A stretch of DNA of 64,000 nt. Source: Amoebidium appalachense. Taxonomy: Eukaryota > Protista > Ichthyosporea. The position numbers were made by a program, and so were the translations under genes. Location: contig CAVNZM010000005.1 of assembly GCA_963693365.1 (NCBI GenBank), positions 2,656,342 to 2,720,341 of the forward strand, written 5' to 3'. This document shows, piece by piece, positions 21,146 to 52,808 of the stretch. The notes beneath the pieces are model-generated. The model was not told the DNA's origin. It made no database searches and saw only the letters and a program-made list of their open reading frames with translations. Within the stretch, counting starts at the first letter, position 1. Each line of letters begins with the position of its first letter.

Positions 21146-21719
21146 AAGTATTACTCTCTCTCACCATAGGTGTGAAAACTGGGGCCGATAGAAATGCAGA
21201 ACCAGCGGTGCTTTTTTCATAAGTCAGCAAGTGACAGCGCGCAACTACAAACAATCTGCCAGATTTGTCAATATATTCTTAGATGCAGGCCTTACCCCCT
21301 CTTTGCCCCTGGCATGCAAGTGTGCTCTCCGCCTCAGGAGGCACTCCACCACTTCAACATGACCTCTTTCTACAGCTTAGTGTAGTGCCGTGTTTCCTTC
21401 TTGGTTTGGCTGCAAGTGGTTTGAAAGATTATTACCTAGAAAGCCCATGATTGAAAGCATGCGGCACTCAGTTTGAAAACAGAGCACGAACTCACACAAC
21501 GAGACGTCTAGGAGCGCTCTCAAGACTCATATATCCTGTTCACATGCCCAAGTATCGCAAGCCACTCCTCGCCTCCTCTTCCTCCCGGCTCTCACGCTGC
21601 CCCCATTCTTAACGCCTACTTGCGCCCAGCCTCCCTCCCTCCCCTCCCCCCCCCCCCCCCCCCTCGCCCCCTCCCCCCCCCCCCTCCCCGCCCCGTCCTG
21701 ACCGTCCCCTTCCCTACAG

Positions 21720-22250
21720 CCAAGACAGGTGTGGACAGTCACTCACGGTTCTAAATACGACCAAGAGGAAGCTTCAGGCACTTACATCATTGACACCGCA
21801 TCTCCCTTCATCCAGAAGTCGTTCAACCAGGGCGACATCACCGAGGGTCGCGGCTACTTGGATGGAGACAGGGTGGGCTCTGCGCTCAGATGCCATTTTT
21901 CAAAGATGTTGCATGGCGCTGGCGAGTGAATGTGGCACGTGTCAAAGATGCACAACCAAAGGTCGGGAGGAGGTTGATCGTAAAAAGAGAGATCTGAGAG
22001 TCTGTCAGCAGTCTGCAGGAGAGAGAGAGAGAGCCTCGAGCTCGGCCGCGGGCAGGGATCCGGGAGGGACGTCGGAGAGCCTGGGAGAGTTCGAAGCATC
22101 TGGCGCAATGATAACGCAAAATGAAAAGGCGCACTCCTTGCCAGTGTTTGTGGCGACAGTCGCCGGCGTCAGTCGCGGTCGCCGAGCAGTCCGACTCAGA
22201 AGCCGGCCGAGCATGGTCAGCGCAAAAAACCAAAATAACGGAAACTAGGA
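21720..22250 (+). other. Degenerate coding-like fragment, possibly a retrotransposon gag relic
   Basis: High-complexity segment broken across frames. EEVDRKKRDLRVCQQSAGE loosely resembles the gag L..L.Q..GE motif. Confidence 0.25.
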
Positions 22251-23054
22251 ATTTGTTGTACAACACACACATATATATCTTGAAACAGTAGTTTTATACA
22301 GGGTTCGCGTACTACGCACTTTGAAGTGTGGCGTACAGCCACTTTGATATGGATTCTCTCTACAACCGCCGGCCTGGGGTGACCATTCCTTGCCCTATTT
22401 CCAACAGCTCACCGTCACACACACACACACGCACGCGCACACACACGCACGCACACCCACCCACCCACCCACCCACACCCACCCACACACCCACACACCC
22501 ACACACACTCTCTCTCTCGTCCCCATCCCCCCCCAACACCCCCCCCCCAACACCCCCAGCCCCCTCTCCCTCCGTCTTTCTCCCTCTCCCAACAGCAGCT
22601 AAAGAAACAACATTCGCGCCTGCACCTTGGAGGGGCCAATGATGCGTTCATAGCAGAAGCAGGAGTAGGAAAGTTAGTGTGAATCGCATGTTAACATTGT
22701 CGTTTTGCTTTCTGGTGAATTCCATGGGCCATCTCACCTCGTTGTAGACTGCTGCAATGTTGCAAGGCTCAACCTGGTTTGTTACAACAACTTGCAGTTG
22801 CCTACTGTTCTTCCATCTAATCACTCTTCAACTCAAGGTTCTTAACTTCTTCTGAGAGGCTGTTTACTTCCAGGTACCCCGTTGCTACCCTTTTGAACCC
22901 CTTCCAACACGAACTCTACTTGCCCGGAGCACCATCTGAGTTGCTAAGCTAGAATGTAATAGTAACTTTGCCTCCAGCCAACTAAAACGGCTTTCTACAG
23001 CCCCCAAACCAGGGTCCGCCGCCTCAAGCTGGCTCGGGGCGCGAGTTTGGCAAC

Positions 23055-42826
<19,772 letters not shown>

Positions 42827-43164
42827 TGCCACGTGGGATTTAGAAAGAGGTGATAGTTGCATTGAACTAGTCGAGGTGTGCGGGGGTTGGAAAACGTAAC
42901 AGCACAAATCGGCTTTGCGTTTTTGTTTGTTGTTGGACTTCACATTCAGTTGTTGTTGTTGTGTGTGTGTGTGGAGAGGGTGGGAGACTTATGTAGTCTC
43001 CAATATGCAAGAGAGTGAGATTGAACATGCGAATGAAATGAATCAGTATTACTGGGGGTGTATTTCAGCTTCCTGCATCTGTGTGGATATTGGCACAAAA
43101 GGAGGGAATGTTTGTGTGTGTGTGTATGTGTGTGTGTGTGTGTGGTTGGGTGGGGGCAGAGGGA

Positions 43165-43207
<43 letters not shown>

Positions 43208-43680
43208 TGGGGGAGAACACAACCTGTCCATCAGCATTTCTTTGTGGTTCTTAGCTTTTTCTTTTCTTTTTTTTTTTTTTTTTTTTTTTGCTTTTCTTAG
43301 CAATGTCCTGCAACCAACGGTACGACATGCACCGAGAACCACACACGAGTTATAAGGGTTGCCTGAGTGCACGTGTCTGGCATAGTGCATATGATTGGAT
43401 GCTCCCCAATATCTGCCTTTATAACATATATCACATGGGTGGGACTTATACTTACTCCCACTAATAGCAGAGAAATGGTTTGCAGGTTCTGAAATTAGTG
43501 ACGCTTTACCCTTGAAGGAGGACATATTGTCTTGTGGTGCAATGCGCATTGGAAAGTAATCAATAAGACGAATAAAGCACACAGCGAGCGACTACAGACT
43601 TCTCATACACGATCATCAATCATTCTTGCAACAGGAAAGTTAGAGGTTCGAGTTCACCGTACTCTTTGTACAGCACGGTA

Positions 43681-43721
<41 letters not shown>

Positions 43722-43819
43722 TCCGTGACGTGCGGAGACCAACGTTTGTGCGTACATTCCCGCAGCCACTTACTTTGTCGCCAGCACTAGGCCCTATGGT
43801 GTCATATCTTTCTGTGCCT

Positions 43820-43853
<34 letters not shown>

Positions 43854-44056
43854 CACACACACACACACACACACACACAGTACCACCACTACCTATGCAC
43901 GTTTTGACGTTCGGGACTCTCAGCCTACACAGATACATAAACATAATTATCGAGCCCGTGCGCACGCGTCTACATCCACTACTACACACACACGCATGCA
44001 TGCTCACAAGCACCTGCACACCCAACCCACACCTACACACTTTTGCCTTTGTACAT

Positions 44057-44329
44057 CTATGTTGCCGCATCTGCCGCCTTCCCATTCTCCTGTGGCACTT
44101 CGATCATTTTCCTCCTCAACTTAGCCTGCTCCAACTGCTCGACCTTCTTAGCAAGTGCCTGTTGTGCCTGCAGTAGGCGGGTAAACAGAGCAAAGGCCTC
44201 CCTCAGTATGCCCTGCAGCTGGGCACTCACGGCACTAGCAATGGCTGCTGACAGCATGCCCGCAAACCACCTGCTGACCGTGTTGAGCAGACGCTCGTTG
44301 CGCACGTCCTTGTGGAATTGCACCTGTGT

Positions 44330-44384
<55 letters not shown>

Positions 44385-44963
44385 GATGTATGCGTTAGAG
44401 GGTTGGAAATATGGAGGAGACAACAAAGAGCAAAAACAAAACGTCACAAACGTGGGAAATCCAAAATCAAAACAATCAAGCGTGCAGGCAGAAGACACTT
44501 GAACAGAGCCATCATCAGGGGGGTTCCTATGCCTCCACAAAAGCATGGGTTTCGACTCTTTAACCTCTCGCGTGTGGTTCCCAAACCATACTTTGTTTCA
44601 ACAGCAATAGGCGAGTCCACCCGTCTCGGCCAGCAACGAGCAGGGTTGTTCAAGGACCAGCAATCTAAGAAAACGGGGGGGAGGGGGGGGGGGGGGGTAG
44701 GTAAACGAAGTGAGAACAAAGCATTGATAATCTGCCCTTGTCCTTTACCTTGCCCCCCCCCCCCTGTTCTTTCTACCTCGAATTGGTTGCCTACACACAC
44801 ACGTGCACACACCTGGAACGTGTTGAAGTGGGTCTTGAAGTCGCCGGCATCGAATATGGGGCACGAGTCTGGGCCGGGGGGCTGCATGACCCGCATGGCC
44901 ACAGACAGGTCCAGTCCCGGCTTAAGAATAGTCACATCAAGGTGCCCGGCATCCTGGGAGGGA

Positions 44964-45005
<42 letters not shown>

Positions 45006-46402
45006 TGAATGCGTCAAAAAGTACGAAGTACACAAGAACAAACGGATAACACGATGCAGAATGCAAGCCATACATAAAGAGTATGCATAATAAGCAGAGC
45101 CCATCCTCAGGGGGGGCCCACGTCATCCACAGTACCCGAGTTTCGACCTATTCCCCTCGTTAACGAAACCCAACTCAGATACTGTTTCACTTGAACATGA
45201 GTAGGTCACCCGTCTTGATCAGAGACGAGCAGGGTTGCTTATGCAGGCAAGGGCAGTGGGAAAGGCCGGGGGTTAAAGTTGCAGCAGTAAGCAGAAGCAA
45301 GAAAAATATAGATAGGAACTCAGGAGACGGGGCTTCTAGGAAGCTCCCCCGTCGATACCTAAGTCGATACTTCCCTGGCTAACATACTACACCAGCTGAA
45401 AAGAATTAAGTCCCGAAGGCCACAGAATTCGTAATCAGAGGGGAAAATATGAGATTTGACCCACGCCGCAGGGTAGTAACACGCTTACTAGGGCGGAACT
45501 TTATCGTCTTCGAACGGAAAGCTATGCCCCCGGATGTCAGCCGGAAATATGGTATCACCCATTGCTTTGGGCTTGAAAAAAGCCAAGGGGGGGGGGGGGG
45601 GGGGGGGGGGGGGTTTGAATGCGGAACACAGTACGAAGTACGCATACACGATGAGAAGCATGGTGCAGGACACATGCAAAGGCAAACATTCAACTATGCA
45701 GCATCAGCCATGCGCACAGTATGCGTCATAAGCAGAGCCCATCCTCAGGGAGGGGGGGGGGGGGGGGGGGGGGGTTAGTACAAAGAATAAACACAATGCA
45801 CACACAAAAAATGCAACATGATTAGCGCTAGTCGAAGGGGTGTCCAAGTCAAATCCTCCCCCGGAAGAGGGGGGGGGGGGGGGAAGGTGGAGGGGGAGGC
45901 AAGAACCCATGTGAACACGAACGAGCACCACGAGTGTGCTGTGAACTTTAAGGTTGGGTGGGTGGGTGGGTTGGAGGTGGTGGTGGTGGTGGTGGTGGGT
46001 TTTGTTGGGGGGGAGGGGGGGGGGAGAGGGGCTGCAGAACATACCGAGAAGGAAGGGAAAGACTTTTTGTCGTAGACGAAGTGGATGGGGTCTGTTACAG
46101 CCCCAATACCCCTGGCCACTATAGTGATCACCATCTGACTGCCCCCATTCGTTAAAGAATCCTCGTCTATCACTAGGTCCATCGTGCTCTGCATCAGTAG
46201 CTGCAGCCTCTCCGGCAGCTCAACCACCCGCACCACAATGTTGTCGATCACGTACGTGTCTTTGGATTTGAGCTCTTTAACGTCTGGTACCTGAGGAGGG
46301 AAAAGGTTGAGAGGGATTAGCAAAACAAAACTTAGGCTGAGTTGTATGGGATACAGGGGATTGCAACTGACGGTGGGGGGGAGAGAGAGAGAGAGTGGGG
46401 GT

Positions 46403-46436
<34 letters not shown>

Positions 46437-46597
46437 GATGTATGCGTTAGAGGGTTGGAAATATGGAGGAGACAACAAAGAGCAACAACAAAGCGTCACA
46501 AAGGTGGGAAATCCAAAATCAAACAACGTGCAGGCAGAAGACACTTGAACAGAGCCCATCATCAGGTCTCGCGCGTGGTTCCCAACCCATACTCTGT

Positions 46598-46648
<51 letters not shown>

Positions 46649-48761
46649 TTTTGAATGCGGAACACAGTACGAAGTACGCATACACGATGAGAAGCATGGT
46701 GCAGGACACATGCAAAGGCAAACATTCAAGTATGCAGCATCAGCCATGCGCACAGTATGCGTCATAAGCAGAGCCCATCCTCAGGGAGGGCCCAAGTCAT
46801 CAATTGCGTCTGAGTTTCGACCCCTTAGCCCGCGTATATACGACGCTCCAACTCAGACAGCAGCATCAACTGAACTTGGGTGGGTCAACCCGTCTTGATC
46901 AAAGACGAGCAGGGTTGCTTATGCAAGCAAGGTGAGCAAAACGGTGAAGATGTATGTGCAAACTAATGCAGTGCAGCGACAAACGCGTATGTGCTTACAG
47001 ATGCACGACACAGAGCAACCATGCCCGGTTGCATGGAAGTAAAGATGTCTCCACACAGTGGTCTGTCCTGAAAGGACACCTCTGAAAGAAGACAGGGGGG
47101 GTTTTGAATGCGGAACACAGTACGAAGTACGCATACACGATGAGAAGCATGGTGCAGGACACATGCAAAGGCAAACATTCAAGTATGCAGCATCAGCCAT
47201 GCGCACAGTATGCGTCATAAGCAGAGCCCATCCTCAGGGAGGGCCCAAGTCATCAATTGCGTCTGAGTTTCGACCCCTTAGCCCGCGTATATACGACGCT
47301 CCAACTCAGACAGCAGCATCAACTGAACTTGGGTGGGTCAACCCGTCTTGATCAAAGACGAGCAGGGTTGCTTATGCAAGCAAGGTGAGCAAAACGGTGA
47401 AGATGTATGTGCAAACTAATGCAGTGCAGCGACAAACGCGTATGTGCTTACAGATGCACGACACAGAGCAACCATGCCCGGTTGCATGGAAGTAAAGATG
47501 TCTCCACACAGTGGTCTGTCCTGAAAGGACACCTCTGAAAGAAGACAGGGGGGGTTTTGAATGCGGAACACAGTACGAAGTACGCATACACGATGAGAAG
47601 CATGGTGCAGGACACATGCAAAGGCAAACATTCAAGTATGCAGCATCAGCCATGCGCACAGTATGCGTCATAAGCAGAGCCCATCCTCAGGGAGGGCCCA
47701 AGTCATCAATTGCGTCTGAGTTTCGACCCCTTAGCCCGCGTATATACGACGCTCCAACTCAGGGGGGGGGGGGTGAGATGGGGCACAAGCGGGATGGGAG
47801 CCGGAAGAAGGTTGGGTCTTATACTAACTATGCCACACAGTGTGGAATATCAAGAAACAATACAAAAACTCAAGGTAGGACACGGAGTTATGTACGAAGA
47901 TAGACAAGGAGGGTGCCACATAAGCAAAGCTCACCCTTATTCAGAGAGGGGAAAAGGGGGGGGGGGGGGGGGGGGGGGGGGGGGAATGCAAGAAAGAAGG
48001 CAGGCCAGTTAGGAAGTTCTGTGACGTCCGCACCATCAGGTTAACCCCCCCCCCCCCCCCCCCCCTTTCCCCTCCCCCGGCTTTGTAGTTGCATTCTCCT
48101 GTGTCAATATACGAGATCCATGAGAGAACCAAAATGCATGCACCATTTGGAAGGAGCGGGGGCGGGGGGGGGGGGGGGGGAGGGGGGGGGGGGGGGGGGG
48201 GGGGGGATTAAGAGAGAGAGAAGGGAGGGTTCAAGCAGTGAAGGGAAAGTTTCGGCGCCGGGAGAGATGGGGGGAGAGCAGGGGGCGCGGGAAGGGGGTT
48301 CCAGACTGTTGGCCACACCTCGATACGACTGAGCCTCTTGGACAGGACGGGCCAGACAATGGCCCTGATCATAGTGGATGCGAAATTCATGGGGTCCTTT
48401 GTGAGCTGGCCAATCAGATCCTCCCCGCTCTCCTGCACGTGCTTCTCCACCCTCTGCAGCATCTCGCTCACCATAGACCCCTCACTGTTGAGTGGCTGCA
48501 TGGCCCCGTGCACCTCCACAGCCGCAGAGATGATGCCCTAATATGGAAATGAGGGCGAGTTTAGTTGAATTTGGAAGGGGGAGGGGTGGGCCGGGAGAGG
48601 GGAAGGGGGAGGGGGGGGGGGGGGGGGGGGTTGCAGAGTACGGTAATTGGAGTTCACATTCATTGCGGATAGCACCTTGCAAATTTGCCAGAGCCCATAT
48701 CCTCTGGGGAAAGTGTGTGGGTGTGTGGGTGTGTGAGTGTGTGGGCTGGGGGGCCAGGCGG

Positions 48762-48798
<37 letters not shown>

Positions 48799-48876
48799 GT
48801 TCACGGTGGTGAGGCTGACATAGTAAGGTAAAAGTGCACAGGGAGGAGCAAGAGAAAGAAGGCAAGATGTGTGTGT

Positions 48877-48909
<33 letters not shown>

Positions 48910-48933
48910 GGGGGGGAGGGAGGGGGGGGGGGG

Positions 48934-48967
<34 letters not shown>

Positions 48968-49087
48968 TATCACTCAGGGCAAGACAAGGAATTGTGGAGT
49001 CCATTATATTTATGCACTTGCAAGTAAACGCAAACAAGGCACGGATCTATTCCCTTCTTTTGGCTCTCGGCAAGGGAGGTGGGGGGA

Positions 49088-49166
<79 letters not shown>

Positions 49167-50247
49167 GAGCCTCCAACAATAATTACACCCCTACACTAAG
49201 GCCAGTCCCTCCTCCCTTCCCCCGAAAGTGGTACCTAGTGTGTAGATTACAGCTTCTGTAAACACATAAATTTAGCATTAGCAAGAGCCCAGAGTGTGCA
49301 AAATTACAAAAAGAGAGAAAGGGGCCAGGGGGAAGGGGGGGAGGGGGGGGGGGGGGGGGGGGGGGGATGATAGAATACTGCGGCAACCGTGGTGGTGCAG
49401 TGTATACACGCAAACAGACCTACAGAAAAACATGCTCTAGCTCTCAGGTCTCTTACACTCTCGCAAAACACTTTGTCACACTTGCGCTTAATCTCTCGGT
49501 TTCTTTCTCTCCCGTCACACACACAGTCTCTCTCTCCCTGCCCCCCTTCCCCCCCGAAAAAACTACCCTATCTCACTCTCAGCCTCTACCTTCCCTACCC
49601 CCTGCCCCTCACCCTTCGTGATACACCAACAGAGACTACAAACCCCATTCCCCTCCAACCTGCCCTCCCCCCAAACCCCCACCCCCCTTCACCCCCCACA
49701 CCTGCTGCTTCTTGAGAGCCTCCACCACATCATCGAAGTCCTTAGCCAGTTGCTCCTTCTCTGTGTTTCAACACAATAAATCAGCTGGAAAGTAACTGAA
49801 AACTACTCCGTGCTTCACTCAAGAGCACCGTCATCCAAGCCTACAGATGCCACAAGTAACAATTTGTTCTCCAAGTATATCTGCACCTTCAAGCAGCACA
49901 AAAGAAGAATGAGCCTGCCCTAATTGCTTATTCGAACACAACCACTGTGTTTGGCAAAGTAGACCTCGAAAACTTCACAGACGCTGTTCGGTTAACAAAC
50001 ACAGCCCCAAAGGACTAAGGCAAGAATCTGGCCTTACCAGCAGGCACAAATATTCTGAAAATGCTAGGACCTTTGAAAATACAAGTTGCCCGAAGAAAGA
50101 TGAAGGTGTAGGAAGCAGTGGGGCAGGCAGGGTTTCATAGGGAGGGAACAAGGGGGAGGGAAAGGGGGAGGAGGGAGGGGGGGGGGGGGGGGGGGGGGGA
50201 GGAGAGGCAACGGGCAAGAACGAGAGTGAGGTAACGGGAGAAGGCAG

Positions 50248-50291
<44 letters not shown>

Positions 50292-50838
50292 CGGGGGAAA
50301 GCAAAGGTGGAAGGGAAGTGGGGGAGTGGGAAGAAGGGAGGGAGGGAGGGGGGAGGAGAAGGGGGAAGGGGGGGGGGGGGGGGGGGGGGGGGGGTTGTAA
50401 CCACTGACCTATGGGCTTGTCGGACTCTGCGGCACCCAGCGAGTTTGCCAGCCTGCCCAGTGCGCTGTGAACCGTCTCGTCTCTTAGAGCCTCCACCAGT
50501 GCATGGGCACTCTCGTTGGTGCCAAACCCACCAATCTCAAGCAGAGCCCTAAAGAACTCTTCCGCTTCATCACCATCCCTCGCTGCCTCCAGGAAGAGGA
50601 TGAGCTTAAGAAGTGCCAGCTTGGCGACGCGCGCATCTTTCCCCTCCAGCTTGGCAAGTGCATCTATCCATTTCTCCTGTGATGCAAGCCCATCTACTAT
50701 GCTCTGGCCTGCCGTTTTGGGGTCTGCTGCCAGCGCACCAAAGAGCTCTTGAACGGCTGTGCGTGTGTGCTGCGAGGTGATGATATCATGCAGTAGCCCT
50801 ACAGCGCTGCTGTTGCTAACTTCTTCGTCTGCCGTCAT
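44057..50838 (-). CDS. Hypothetical multi-exon protein; helical N-terminus, possible C-terminal coiled coil
   Basis: High-complexity exons with GT-AG ends at about 50409-50838, 49700-49760, 48640-48703, 48318-48537, 46065-46290, 44813-44953 and 44057-44323. No family recognised. Confidence 0.7.
44384..44674 (-). mobile_element. Structured repeat subfamily C
   Basis: Lies between two G-runs. An internally deleted second copy is at 46436-46599. Confidence 0.85.
44498..44654 (-). ncRNA. Predicted atypical hammerhead ribozyme (subfamily C)
   Basis: Closing helix CUUGAACA/UGUUCAAG, GACUC/GAGUC-GAAAC, CUGAUGA and a k-turn. This copy reads UUU at the cleavage triplet; the 46436 copy retains GUU. 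Confidence 0.65.
45004..45279 (-). mobile_element. Structured repeat subfamily A; may extend to 45586
   Basis: Inverted near-identical match to 33248-33523. Ribozyme core at 45090-45243. Confidence 0.9.
45614..45751 (-). mobile_element. 5'-truncated subfamily B copy
   Basis: Matches about 46650-46787. Long G-runs on both sides. Confidence 0.9.
46436..46599 (-). mobile_element. Truncated, internally deleted subfamily C copy
   Basis: Matches 44384-44519, then jumps to the match for about 44566-44598. Confidence 0.85.
46763..46923 (-). ncRNA. Predicted atypical hammerhead ribozyme (subfamily B, unit 1)
   Basis: CAUAAGCA/UGCUUAUG, GACCC/GGGUC-GAAAC, GUU then GGA pairing with UCC before CUGAGGA, and a k-turn with a U.U pair. 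Confidence 0.7.
47216..47376 (-). ncRNA. Predicted atypical hammerhead ribozyme (subfamily B, unit 2)
   Basis: Same sequence as unit 1, shifted by 453 bp. Confidence 0.7.
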
Positions 50839-51966
50839 TTTATTGTTGCATACAGCAAGGAAAATCGCACTGGTTTGTGGTTGCCTGTAGCCTCAGGTGA
50901 GGGCCTCGATGGAGAGAAAAAAGACGAAATGAAAACTGAAAAAGTTGGTCTGGTTGAAATTTTTGTGAGATGCCTTCGATCTCTTTGGAATGCGATCCTG
51001 CATTCCAGAAGAACAAAATCTCTGATTACACGCATCTGATTGGTGTTGCCAGGCTAATTGCGTTTGCGCAAACCACATATATCGTCCATAAGCCTTGAGC
51101 CAAGCTGGGTGATAAGGAGGCCTTGCTTAGAGCCAGCCAGAGGCTGAAGCACAGCCCTCTTCGTGGAGTGCCGCCCCGAGTGGGTGGTTGCGTAACTTGT
51201 GCGTATATAGTGTGCCCAGCAGTGCCCAGCACAACAGCTTTATCCCGATAAAAAAATTAGGGAACGGGCTGGTGCCACGTGATATGCACCCAGAGTGGAC
51301 AAATTGTAGTATTGAACATGATTTATTCAGCACGTACATGCAGAAACTGCAGCACTATTGTCCCTATCAGATGGTGAAGCCACCAGACGGATGAACCCAT
51401 GCCTGCAATAAGCCCTCACATAATACCACGAAGATTTACCAGTGAAGCTAGCTCTACTGATCAAGATCAAGAACACAAGCACACAAGCCTAAAGCATGCA
51501 CCCTAGCGGTACCGCAGCTGAGCTCCGCAGCTGGAGTGATCTTTCACGTCAAAGGCTCAGCCTACTGCCCAGCATATGCACACAGCCTATCATTGAAGGC
51601 GTACACATAGGGGGAGTGCTGCAAGGACTTGCACGATAAAGAGAGCTCAGCGTAAAAAAATGCCACCGTGACAGCTTGTCTAATAAGGCCGATGTGGCTT
51701 ATATCAAGACATCTATGTATGTTAGGCCTTGCTCTGAGAGCAGGTACCAACCCAAACGACAGTGGTATGGAATATGAATAAGACGTTATTAACCACCAAA
51801 ACGGTCAGAAGTGCACTTATACGTAGGTTGCAACCTGGAGTCACTTCACCACATACATTACGTGCACCTCCATGTTCCATCGCCTATCCGTCAACATATA
51901 CACACAATACACACACACGTGGGCGTATCAAAATAAATTATCGCTAGTGTATGTTTACGTATGATC

Positions 51967-52069
<103 letters not shown>

Positions 52070-52169
52070 TGTGCACGTGTGTGTGTGTGCGCGCGTGCGT
52101 GAGTGTGTGTAACGATGTGTGTGAAATAAGGTGTCACATGTATAACGTAACGCATGATTCACAGCGCGC

Positions 52170-52216
<47 letters not shown>

Positions 52217-52808
52217 GTGTATGTGTGTGTCTGTGTGTGTTTGTGTGTGTGTATGAAGACGTATGTGCGCTTACGTGTGTGTGCAGGTGTGTGCGCATAT
52301 ACACTCTTTTTATGTGCGTGTTCGTGTGTGTGTTCGCGCATTTGTGCGTGTGCGTGTTGCAGTGTGTGTGTGCATGTAGCCTTCAGAGTAGCCAGCCTTT
52401 TGCCGAAAGGCGTTTACTGAACAAAAAGCTGGCTCCAGAGATAACTTCCGGAGCGCCGTAATTTTTTTCACATTGAGCCCATCAACTCCGCTTGCTAGCG
52501 CACGGGGAGGGAGACGCACAAGGCAGAGATGCCGTTTTTGCGCCATTACCTCACACATCGTTAAGGAACCAGGCTAGGCTACCTGTAACCCGAATACTTA
52601 GGTCACAGTGACACAGAGCCTTTGTCTGTTTTGTCTGTGGCACAGGACAGGTGACGTATGAAATAGATACTTCACACAAATAGATACTTCACACATCGAT
52701 TCAAATGTCGCTCTTTATTATCTGCTAATAAATAGTATCCTTCGCGCATCCACCCCTAAACCAGGCCATCCGTGGCCCTAAGGGCCGGGGAACACCCCCA
52801 TCCATGTC

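Larger units (their letters stand above)
8760..21409 (-). pseudogene. Ankyrin-repeat + Pelle/RLK-like kinase + RING-like gene, disrupted
   Basis: Ten phase-0 ankyrin exons: 21296-21409, 20234-20332, 19733-19831, 19118-19261, 17346-17444, 16568-16675, 15452-15553, 14382-14480, 13538-13666, 13113-13190. Kinase at ~10480-11230 (GTGAYG, HPNIARVLGY, WSLRVRVVTGLARGLSFLH, HGDIRPIN, KLFDIGLA). RING-like CVAC...C...HWLCASPC at ~9680-9770 and YCIVC at ~8850-8870. Lesions: TAA at 21377-21379, AT instead of GT donor at 17345, frameshift near 11790, TAG at 11131-11133. Confidence 0.75.
46648..47761 (-). mobile_element. Tandem array (~2.5 x 453 bp) of subfamily B, retrozyme-like
   Basis: Period 453 (identical ORFs at 46919 and 47372). 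Units are joined by G7. Complete ribozyme cores at 46763-46923 and 47216-47376. Confidence 0.9.

Noticed and set aside
21377-21379. In-frame TAA (and TAG at 11131) as evidence of stop-codon reassignment
   Set aside because: The same gene also has a frameshift and a broken donor. The Sin3 and CAMTA exons I translated and both LINE ORFs have no internal stops, and TAA/TAG end genes normally.
43352-43441. C2H2 zinc-finger-like CDIC-x12-H-x3-H on the minus strand
   Set aside because: Single motif without the usual conserved hydrophobic residues or an evident gene context; likely chance.
46648-47761. CRISPR-like array or protein-coding repeat
   Set aside because: The units are identical over 453 bp with no spacers, and the short ORFs are not conserved between subfamilies.
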